Source: Nitrosomonas europaea (GTDB lineage: Bacteria > Pseudomonadota > Gammaproteobacteria > Burkholderiales > Nitrosomonadaceae). Taken from it: a stretch of DNA of 6,847 nucleotides. The stretch's first letter is position 1. Each line of letters begins with the position of its first letter. The translations under genes and the position numbers were made by a program. Positions 1 to 6,560 of the stretch are shown piece after piece. The stretch covers positions 1-6,847 of the forward strand of contig NZ_FUWK01000065.1 of the NCBI RefSeq assembly GCF_900167395.1, read 5' to 3'. The notes beneath the pieces were generated by a model that searched no databases, was not told the origin of the DNA, and worked only from the letters and a program-made list of their open reading frames with translations.

Positions 1-350
1 CCAGTTCACCCACCGCAAAACAGACAGGCATGCTTTCTTGCATATCTTCGACCGTGTCTGCCTGGAAAATGGTACGGAACATCGCCTGACCCAGCCAAAT
101 CACCCCTGGACCAATGGTCAAGTCGAACGCATGAACCGCACCCTCAAGGAAGCAACCGTCAAACGCTATCATTATGAAAATCATCAACAGTTGCGAGAGC
201 ATCTTTACAGCTTCCTGAATGCCTACAACTTCGCCAGGCGACTCAAAACCTTACGAGGACTCACACCTTACGAATACATCATCAAATGCTGGCAAAACGA
301 ACCTGAACGTTTTATCATCAATCCATACCATCACAAAGTGGGACTAAACA
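1..350 (+). mobile_element. 3' terminal portion of an IS481-family insertion sequence; the rest lies left of the window and the inner boundary is approximate (somewhere in ~340-356)
   Basis: Transposase-like translation runs from the window edge to about ...INPYHHKVGLN (nt ~349). Family members typically end with a ...GLNT-type C-terminus a few nt from the element tip. ...GGACTAAACA at 341-350 would give a TGT... terminal inverted repeat on the other strand. The other end is not in the window, so the IR cannot be confirmed. Confidence 0.65.
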
Positions 351-718
351 TCTACCGGGCGCAGCAGGATCATTTCCAGCTTGTCGGAACGGATCGGCTT
401 GAAATCATGCGCGGGCACGGCATTCAACGACATGCCTCGAAACAGCGTTGGCACATCAGCGATAAAACTACCCAGCTTGCCGCCCAGCGCTTCCACGTAA
501 AGCGTCCAGAAACGCTTCACGAAATAGGCATGCCGGTCACCCTGCATGATACTGTCACTGCCGTAACCGACATGAGCAACGATATTTTTGAGCAACCCTG
601 CCTGACCGGCTGCGCCGAACGGCGTTTTGCCCTGGGAAGCGAACAGATGCCCATCGGACGGAAAGCGGCCACCCGTCATCGAAAAGGCAGGCTCCTTCGG
701 ATCGTCGTAGAATGGTGA
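2..718 (+). CDS. IS481-family DDE (rve/integrase-core) transposase, 5'-partial C-terminal fragment; only 2..~349 looks like transposase, and ~350..718 is stop-free read-through into the flanking gene's antisense strand
   Basis: The frame is open from nt 2: QFTHRKTDRHAFLHIFDRVCLENGTEHRLTQPNHPWTNGQVERMNRTLKEATVKRYHYENHQQLREHLYSFLNAYNFARRLKTLRGLTPYEYI... The HPWTNGQVERMNRT block carries the third catalytic acidic residue (E) of the DDE triad. The YN..R.H..L.G.TP block is the canonical rve C-terminus. The tail after GLNI (YRAQQDHFQLVGTDRLEIMRGHG...) is R/H/Q-rich and antisense-like, and it overlaps a well-formed minus-strand gene. Confidence 0.8.
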   Translation, partial: QFTHRKTDRHAFLHIFDRVCLENGTEHRLTQPNHPWTNGQVERMNRTLKEATVKRYHYENHQQLREHLYSFLNAYNFARRLKTLRGLTPYEYIIKCWQNEPERFIINPYHHKVGLNIYRAQQDHFQLVGTDRLEIMRGHGIQRHASKQRWHISDKTTQLAAQRFHVKRPETLHEIGMPVTLHDTVTAVTDMSNDIFEQPCLTGCAERRFALGSEQMPIGRKAATRHRKGRLLRIVVEW

Positions 719-1156
719 GCCCAGCACGATCACATCCAACCGCTTTCCCTGTGCAAAATGATGAGCTGCATAGCGTAAAAGCTGTGGCAGCCGGACTGCA
801 CCGGGTACGGACGGATGACCTGCCCCGCCAGGCATAACCGATTTATCCGCAAAGCGTTTAAGAGCTGCCACTGCGTCACGATTCAGGCCAAGCCGTGCTT
901 TAGGATTGTTGTAAGCCGGATTGTCGGGAATAATAAATTCGCCGATGATCGAGAGGTGATAACCATCGATCAAGGTTACATGGCTGCCTTGATCCAGTTG
1001 CGTCAACTGCTTCAGTAACGCCACGGAATGCCGCTTGGCGTCATCCAGCGCATAATACGGCGAAACCGCCACGACCAAATCGCGGGCAAACGCCACTGGC
1101 GCAACCATCAGCGTCATGCACAATAAGCCCAGCAATAACAAAGTATTTTTATTCAT
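344..1156 (-). CDS. Secreted/periplasmic hypothetical protein (270 aa) with a Sec signal peptide; its 3' end may be altered by the IS insertion
   Basis: ATG at 1156 is preceded by GGAGG (complement of 1162-1166) with a 5-nt spacer. The N-terminus MNKNTLLLLGLLCMTLMVAPVAFA|RD has the n/h/c regions and an AxA-type cleavage site of a SPase I signal peptide; it is not a lipobox. It starts 15 nt after the upstream gene's stop, which indicates an operon. I recognise no family. Confidence 0.7.
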   Translation of the reverse strand: MNKNTLLLLGLLCMTLMVAPVAFARDLVVAVSPYYALDDAKRHSVALLKQLTQLDQGSHVTLIDGYHLSIIGEFIIPDNPAYNNPKARLGLNRDAVAALKRFADKSVMPGGAGHPSVPGAVRLPQLLRYAAHHFAQGKRLDVIVLGSPFYDDPKEPAFSMTGGRFPSDGHLFASQGKTPFGAAGQAGLLKNIVAHVGYGSDSIMQGDRHAYFVKRFWTLYVEALGGKLGSFIADVPTLFRGMSLNAVPAHDFKPIRSDKLEMILLRPVDV

Positions 1157-1171
1157 GTGAGCCTCCAGAGA

Positions 1172-2227
1172 TTAGTGGTCGGTATGGGCATTCATCGTGG
1201 CCACATGGCGAGCACGCAAACTGACGAATTCCATGACTTTGTCGTTGATGAACGCTTCGCGCCGGGCTTCCAATTCAACCAGACGCCCATGCAACTCGCC
1301 CCGCTTCTCACGCAAGGCTTCATGAACGGTGCGTTGCTCCTTCAAGGCTTTTTCAAGTTCGAGGTATTCCAGATTTTCGATATAGACATCAGGGGAATAG
1401 CGCATGTAGATGTCTTCTGCGGCTAGAAACAGGGCGCTGGCCATGAGCAATTCAACCAACAACTGTGACCAGACAAAGGCAAACCCATAGTCGGTGCTTT
1501 CACCGAAGGAATCCCAATCAATCGAGCTGGCCACCCCGGAATAAGTCAGGCCAAAAAGGCCGCCCCAAAAGAGAAAAGCCATACCGGTTGCCGCGTAAAT
1601 GCACTTGGCATATAACCTGCGTGAGCTATCGTAAATCATGAAGTTGGTCACGTACTTAACTGAAACCGAGGCAATCGGCATCAATGCCGAGATCATCGTC
1701 GCCAGCCAGGGTTTTTCGATAAAAACAGCATTACCGGATGAAACCAGGTTGGCGTAGACATTTCCCATTCCCAGCCCTGCGGCAATGGTCAGGCAGAAAA
1801 CTAGAACGCATAACAGGATCTGATCTTTTCTACGCCAGTCAGTCCAACCGACATTCTCAACGCTTTTCCCGCCAATGCTGTGCAGTGTGCCGCTTTTGAT
1901 GTAACGCCGGGTATTCGCCAGCTTCACTTCCAAATCACTCAGAAATTTGAGTGAAACTTTAAAGGCGACATCGATATCCTCACTATCCAGTCGCAGCTTC
2001 GTCAGCTCAGCACCGAATTGTTGATCGGCCTGATGAGTCGCTTGCTCGGTGGCCATTGAGCCAGCGATTTCAGCATCGTTGTGATGAACGAGTCTGCGGA
2101 AAAAAACATCTGCTCCAGTGTTCTCCGTATCCGGCGGTTTCCTGGCTGAATCTGCCGTGCCGCTCTCAACCAGTTGTAACGCCAGTGGTTGTTTCTTGTC
2201 CTTGATTTTCGTTTTGGCTGTTGCCAT
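1172..2227 (-). CDS. Integral membrane protein (351 aa): ~150-aa cytoplasmic N-terminus, four predicted TM helices, C-terminal coiled coil; function unknown
   Basis: I place the start at ATG 2227 (MATAKTKIKDKK...) rather than the ORF-track start at 2350, because AAGGAG (complement of 2234-2239) sits 6 nt upstream of it. Hydrophobic segments are ILLCVLVFCLTIAAGLGMGNVYANLV, WLATMISALMPIASVSV, IYAATGMAFLFWGGLFGLTY and FAFVWSQLLVELLMASALFLAA. The C-terminus is heptad-like and charged (LEYLELEKALKEQRTVHEALREKRGELHGRLVELEARREAF). The stop is TAA at 1172-1174. Confidence 0.7.
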   Translation of the reverse strand: MATAKTKIKDKKQPLALQLVESGTADSARKPPDTENTGADVFFRRLVHHNDAEIAGSMATEQATHQADQQFGAELTKLRLDSEDIDVAFKVSLKFLSDLEVKLANTRRYIKSGTLHSIGGKSVENVGWTDWRRKDQILLCVLVFCLTIAAGLGMGNVYANLVSSGNAVFIEKPWLATMISALMPIASVSVKYVTNFMIYDSSRRLYAKCIYAATGMAFLFWGGLFGLTYSGVASSIDWDSFGESTDYGFAFVWSQLLVELLMASALFLAAEDIYMRYSPDVYIENLEYLELEKALKEQRTVHEALREKRGELHGRLVELEARREAFINDKVMEFVSLRARHVATMNAHTDH

Positions 2228-2310
2228 GACAGTCTCCTTGTAAAGATGAAACAGGTAAACCGTCTGGCATGGTAATGATGGCGCTCGTGAAGTTTGGGAA
2301 ATGGAAGTTA

Positions 2311-2354
2311 TAAAGAAAAGCAGGTGTCCCAGAAGAATAATCCGGAACACCCGC
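2311..2354 (-). terminator. Rho-independent terminator downstream of the 120-aa gene (A-tract / hairpin / U-tract, so possibly bidirectional)
   Basis: The minus-strand RNA reads UAG-CAAAAA-GCGGGUGUUCC-(13-nt loop GGAUUAUUCUUCU)-GGGACACCUGC-UUUUCUUUAU. The stem is 11 bp (arms 2344-2354 and 2320-2330) with two G.U pairs, followed by a U-rich tract. It begins 6 nt after the stop at 2361-2363. On the plus strand the same stem is followed by TTTTT (2355-2359). Confidence 0.6.
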
Positions 2355-2360
2355 TTTTTG

Positions 2361-2723
2361 CTACTTACTGAAATGCCTGGCTATCTCAGGATGTTTAATT
2401 TTAAAAAAGAGATCAATCAACCGAAGACGCTCAAGCATGATCACGTCACGATGCGGATCACCTTTCTCATCTTCCTCAAAATAATAGGAAAACCAGCGAG
2501 GATCACCAAGTACTTTATCCACATCAGGGATAGGCCACCGGATACCGTTCGAAAGGAGAATAATGCCATCAAAATTGTAGATGGCATCGGCGATGACATT
2601 TGGCCATTCTCGCCGCGAAATATTCATGTTTCGCGCCGCGAGCCAAAGTCTCTTCTTATAGACCGGATTATTCAATACACCGATGGTTACTATAAAAACT
2701 ATTAACTTTTCATCGTATTTCAT
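2361..2723 (-). CDS. Hypothetical cytoplasmic protein, 120 aa, no recognisable family
   Basis: The ORF is intact. AAGGAG (complement of 2735-2740) lies upstream of ATG 2723, with a rather long 11-nt spacer. It has its own terminator. The sequence MKYDEKLIVFIVTIGVLNN...EEDEKGDPHRDVIMLERLRLIDLFFKIKHPEIARHFSK has no signal peptide or TM segment. GC is intermediate (43-45% in two sampled 60-nt lines). Confidence 0.65.
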   Translation of the reverse strand: MKYDEKLIVFIVTIGVLNNPVYKKRLWLAARNMNISRREWPNVIADAIYNFDGIILLSNGIRWPIPDVDKVLGDPRWFSYYFEEDEKGDPHRDVIMLERLRLIDLFFKIKHPEIARHFSK

Positions 2724-2742
2724 AATTGAGACTTCTCCTTAA

Positions 2743-3258
<516 letters not shown>

Positions 3259-3419
3259 AAACTGCGTATGTGATTTTGTACCAGTTAAATGCCAGGATAA
3301 ATGTCAACATACCATTGATTTTTAGTACAATCCTGTTTTTGTAATTATTTTCCCAATACTCTAACCGTATTCGTTTTGAAGGACTGCGCAAACAAATATA
3401 TCAAAGAATCCTGTTATCC

Positions 3420-6400
3420 ATGACAGGGGCAGTCCGTCGAAATGTCCGAAAAAGGCTCAATAAAAATCAGAAGCAATTAAGGCAGAACTGGGAAGGTTAT
3501 CACCTTTTGGAATTTGCCAAGACTATCCGGCCAGTCAAACAGGATACAAAAAGAAGAAAAGAGCTTGATGATCATCTCGTTAGCAATGGTATCGGCGGAT
3601 TTGAAACACTTCAGAAACTGCCAGCTGACAACAAGACTGCTTTTACTACTGAAAAATCAGATGGTGTTTTTGAAAGCTTGGCAGAATTTCAAGACATACC
3701 CACTTTTGTTTGCTTTTTAAACTTTCTGGAATTCTGTCGGAATTCCATTCCCCGCAGGCCGTTGGATGTGTTTGATGGCAATGACACATTATCAATCGAA
3801 ATTGACGGAAAACGCAAAGCCGTAACGCTGGATTATGCAATCGATGATTTCAAGAGGCACGCCAAGACTGTTGAAGAAAGACTTAAACTTGAATCTTCCC
3901 AGAGCAGCACTGGACAGGCAGACCCAATCCAGCCACGCCTAACCATACCTCAAGCAAGAGAGAACAATCCCAATTACTTTGCCAATGCTGTTTTGGATGT
4001 GATTGGTCGTGACGAGCAAAAATCTCGTTTAAAAGCGTTTTTGGAATGCGATAAAAATGTTGCATGGTTTCAGCTTGCAGGTGTTGCCGGACAAGGCAAA
4101 AGTCGCTTGGCATTTGATTTAATCAAAGTTGCCGAAGAGTTAGGTTTTCGAGCCGGTTTTCTTACAGAAAATGACATCAAGTTTTTCAAAGATCAGTGGA
4201 AGGACTGGCAACCCGACAAGCCCTATTTGCTGATATTCGATTATGTGATTGGGCGCGAAGAACAAATCAAACCCATTTTTCAAACTCTAATTTCCAATCA
4301 AGATGGTTATTGTCACAATATCCGTATTCTCTTGGTTGAAAGGCAGCGATGGGATCAGGGAAACGTAATAGAAACACAAGATCAAATCAACAAAGATGCA
4401 CCACGGCAATTAATAGCTATCAGCAATAAAGCGCCATGGTTTCTCAAGCTGTGTGAAGAAGGTGACTCTGAAGGTGAACGTCTCGCCCCCTTTCGTTTTG
4501 ATAACGGTGTTGAAGAACTTAAAGAACTTGGTCAAGATAATCTGGCTTCAATAGTTAAGCAGTTATTATCCGGCAAAACCCTCACCCTATCCGATGATGT
4601 GTTAGAAGAAACATTGGAACGGATCGATAATACTGGCCGTCCATTGTATGCTTATTTACTAGCACAACAATTAAGCGAAAGTGAGGAAGGTTTTCGAAGC
4701 TGGACAAAGATCGATTTGCTGAATGGTCAGCTGAAGCGAGATAAAAGACGCTGGGAGCAGGCTTTTAACGATAAAGCGCCAACTTGGGGGGATTCTCATG
4801 AAGCTATGAAGCTAGCTGTACTTGCAACCATTGTTCGCCAGATAAATTTTGAGGATGAAATAATTAAATCAAATTTTGGCCATATCGATTCATCTCTTGG
4901 AAAAGAAGCCTTAGCTATTACGAACAGCTATCTTGTTAATAATGATAATCGTCCTCATAAAATTCATGCATTAGAACCTGACTTATTGGGTGAATGGTTT
5001 GTTTTGTATTGTTTTTACCAAGGCCTTAATTTCGAAGAATTATTAAACATTGCCTGGGAATATTCACCAAATGATACAGCAATGTTTCTAATAAGAGTTA
5101 TGCAAGATTTTATTGATTTAACAAAAACATATAATGACTGGAACTTAACCGAAAAACTGTTAGCGCATAAACCCCCGCATGAAAACCATTATCTAGTTTT
5201 AGCCAGAGTTGCAGTCTTTATCTCTTATGAACTAGGTCGTAGAAATTTAACAATACCTCATAACATTATCATTGCATTAGAACATGCTGCAAATTTGTCT
5301 AATGTTATTGCTATGGATTACCTTGGTTTCTTTTACCAACAAGGCCTAGGAGTTGTAAGAAATCCTGAAAAAGCTATTTATTGGTTTCAAATGGCTGTTA
5401 ATAAAAAAAGCGATACAGCCATGGTTAATCTAGGAATTTGCTATCAAAAAGGCGAAGGGGTTAAACAGAATCTAAATGCAGCATTCAAACTGTTTCAACG
5501 AGCAGTTAAGCTAGATAACAGCACAGCCATGTTCTATCTTGGCCTTTGCTATCAAAGAAGTGAAGGAGTTAAGGAGGACTTAAATGAAGCTTTTGCTCTA
5601 TATCAGCAGGCGGCTGATAAAGGTAACAGTACGGCTACAGCATATCTTGGTCTTTGTTATCAGTATGAAGTGGGAGTTAAGCAGGATTTAGACAAAGCCA
5701 TTTCTCAATATCAACGGGCAGTTGATGAAGGCAATAGTTTGGCTATGGTATTTCTTGGACGCTGCTATCAATATGGCGAAGGAGTCAACCAGAACATAAA
5801 TAAGGCTATTGCACTGTATCAGAAGGCGACTGATAAAGGTGACAGTACGGCTATGACATGTCTTGCACTTTGTTACCAAGATGGCAAAGGAGTTGATCAA
5901 GACTGGAATAAGGCTATTAACTTGTATCAGCAAGCAGTTAAAAAAAATGATTGTACAGCCATGTACTATCTTGGCGCTTGCTATGAAAATGGTTATGGAG
6001 TTAAACAAAATCGGAGTAGTGCTATCGAATTGTATCGGATGGCTGCAAATCAAGGTAATAGTAACGCGATGGTTAATCTTGGCTTTTATTATCGAAATGG
6101 CATAGGAGTGAAGCAGAATCGGAAAGAGGCAGTTAAGTTATTTCAACGCGCCGCTAAAGTAGGTGATTACAGAGCAATGTGCAATCTTGGTGTCTGCTAT
6201 GAAAATGGTGAAGGAGTTGATCAAGATTGGAATAAAGCTATTAGCTTGTATCAGCAAGCAACTAAGGCTGGTGAGATTAGAGCCATTAGTAATATTCAAA
6301 ATATACTCTTACGAAATTTTCTAGGTGAAGGTAATTACAAAAGTCGAAAAACTAATGGTTGTACAAGAAATAAGCTTTCACACTTAGTCGAGAAACTTGC

Positions 6401-6518
6401 ATTTGACCCTCCCATTCTTGGAGGAGATTGGAAGCCACTTCTCACTGAAGAAATAAAAGCTTGTATCGATAAAGTTATTGTACCTTTTGAAATTTTAGAT
6501 GTAGTAGTTGAGATCTGA
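3420..6518 (+). CDS. 1032-aa STAND-class P-loop NTPase with an unknown N-terminal domain, nine C-terminal Sel1-like (SLR) repeats and a short unique tail; NLR/Avs-like architecture
   Basis: This is a 3.1-kb uninterrupted ORF. ATG 3420 is the first canonical start after the in-frame TAA at 3342-3344, and no SD is visible. Motifs: pre-P-loop VIGRDEQKSRLKAFL (aa 193-207); Walker A GVAGQGKS (aa 221-228, nt 4080-4103); Walker B YLLIFDYV (aa 269-276, nt 4224-4247); ILLVERQR (aa 302-309, sensor-1-like Arg); GxP motif TGRPLYAYLLAQ (aa 405-416); nine 36-aa repeats of the form xxxAMxxLGxCYQxGxGVxQ(D/N)xxKAIxLYQxAxxxG (aa 628-951). There is no signal peptide or TM segment. Confidence 0.9.
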   Translation: MTGAVRRNVRKRLNKNQKQLRQNWEGYHLLEFAKTIRPVKQDTKRRKELDDHLVSNGIGGFETLQKLPADNKTAFTTEKSDGVFESLAEFQDIPTFVCFLNFLEFCRNSIPRRPLDVFDGNDTLSIEIDGKRKAVTLDYAIDDFKRHAKTVEERLKLESSQSSTGQADPIQPRLTIPQARENNPNYFANAVLDVIGRDEQKSRLKAFLECDKNVAWFQLAGVAGQGKSRLAFDLIKVAEELGFRAGFLTENDIKFFKDQWKDWQPDKPYLLIFDYVIGREEQIKPIFQTLISNQDGYCHNIRILLVERQRWDQGNVIETQDQINKDAPRQLIAISNKAPWFLKLCEEGDSEGERLAPFRFDNGVEELKELGQDNLASIVKQLLSGKTLTLSDDVLEETLERIDNTGRPLYAYLLAQQLSESEEGFRSWTKIDLLNGQLKRDKRRWEQAFNDKAPTWGDSHEAMKLAVLATIVRQINFEDEIIKSNFGHIDSSLGKEALAITNSYLVNNDNRPHKIHALEPDLLGEWFVLYCFYQGLNFEELLNIAWEYSPNDTAMFLIRVMQDFIDLTKTYNDWNLTEKLLAHKPPHENHYLVLARVAVFISYELGRRNLTIPHNIIIALEHAANLSNVIAMDYLGFFYQQGLGVVRNPEKAIYWFQMAVNKKSDTAMVNLGICYQKGEGVKQNLNAAFKLFQRAVKLDNSTAMFYLGLCYQRSEGVKEDLNEAFALYQQAADKGNSTATAYLGLCYQYEVGVKQDLDKAISQYQRAVDEGNSLAMVFLGRCYQYGEGVNQNINKAIALYQKATDKGDSTAMTCLALCYQDGKGVDQDWNKAINLYQQAVKKNDCTAMYYLGACYENGYGVKQNRSSAIELYRMAANQGNSNAMVNLGFYYRNGIGVKQNRKEAVKLFQRAAKVGDYRAMCNLGVCYENGEGVDQDWNKAISLYQQATKAGEIRAISNIQNILLRNFLGEGNYKSRKTNGCTRNKLSHLVEKLAFDPPILGGDWKPLLTEEIKACIDKVIVPFEILDVVVEI
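3987..4679 (+). other. NTPase (NOD-like) module of the 1032-aa protein, aa ~190-420
   Basis: The order hGR(D/E)xE...L - GxxGxGKS - hhhhD - hhh(T/V)xR - GxP(L) matches AAA_16/NACHT/NB-ARC-type STAND ATPases. Subfamily assignment needs an HMM or structure search. Domain borders are approximate. Confidence 0.7.
5301..6272 (+). repeat. Nine in-frame tandem 108-nt units encoding Sel1-like repeats (unit starts 5301, 5409, 5517, 5625, 5733, 5841, 5949, 6057, 6165)
   Basis: The 36-aa periodicity is visible in the translation. Conserved positions are A-M, L-G, C-Y, G-x-G-V and A-x-x-L-(Y/F)-Q, as in the Sel1/SLR family. Nucleotide identity between units is mostly modest, except units 6 and 9 (see findings). 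Confidence 0.85.
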
Positions 6519-6560
6519 TCTGACAGTTACCCGATTTGACGAGTGCCTGTTAGATCAGAT
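6513..6560. repeat. 14-bp inverted repeat (ATCTGATCTGACAG-N20-CTGTTAGATCAGAT) filling the gap between the two convergent stop codons; either a shared terminator hairpin or IS terminal sequence
   Basis: The arms are at 6513-6526 and 6547-6560, with 13/14 complementary positions (one G.T). The left arm contains the STAND gene's TGA (6516-6518). The right arm ends 1 nt before the transposase stop (complement of 6561-6563). There is no clear U-tract on either side, so a terminator call is weak. Confidence 0.4.

Noticed and set aside
350-718. Plus-strand continuation of the transposase ORF (YRAQQDHFQLVGTDRLEIMRGHG...VVEW) as genuine coding sequence
   Set aside because: It has no transposase-like sequence, and its R/H/Q-rich composition is typical of an antisense frame. 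It completely overlaps a minus-strand gene that has an SD, a signal peptide and operon context.
815-1426. Plus-strand ORFs 815..1018 (67 aa) and 1157..1426 (89 aa)
   Set aside because: They are short and lie entirely antisense to longer, better-supported minus-strand genes. They have no SD and no recognisable motifs.
2228-2350. N-terminal 41-aa extension of the membrane-protein ORF (MFRIILLGHLLFFITSISQ...)
   Set aside because: The internal ATG at 2227 has a canonical AAGGAG 6 nt upstream. The extension would run through the terminator hairpin of the upstream gene (2311-2354).
2301-2705. Plus-strand ORF of 134 aa
   Set aside because: It is antisense to the 120-aa gene, starts inside the terminator region and has an implausible sequence. 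The minus-strand ORF has the SD and the terminator.
3329-3415. 9-bp direct repeat AATCCTGTT (3329-3337 and 3407-3415) in the spacer upstream of the large gene, and possible sigma70 promoters there (for example TACAAT at 3326-3331)
   Set aside because: The repeat is short and in AT-rich sequence, so it is compatible with chance. None of the -10-like hexamers has a convincing -35 at 16-18 bp spacing, so I make no promoter call.
3514-4113. ORFs 3514..3720 (+), 3646..3840 (-) and 3883..4113 (-) inside the large gene
   Set aside because: All are embedded in alternative frames of the 3.1-kb ORF, whose NTPase motifs validate the main frame.
5688-6105. ORFs 5688..6053 (-) and 5863..6105 (+) inside the repeat region
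   Set aside because: They are by-products of the periodic Sel1-coding DNA; repetitive codon usage removes stops in other frames. The main frame gives canonical SLR consensus.
5301-6272. 108-nt periodicity as a CRISPR array or non-coding satellite
   Set aside because: The units are contiguous with no repeat/spacer alternation, diverged at the DNA level but conserved at the protein level, and in frame within one long ORF.
5301-6518. Secreted Hcp-like cysteine-rich Sel1 protein or beta-lactamase-like SLR protein
   Set aside because: The repeats are the C-terminal part of a 1032-aa cytoplasmic NTPase with no signal peptide. There is only one conserved Cys per repeat rather than the disulfide-forming pairs of Hcp proteins.
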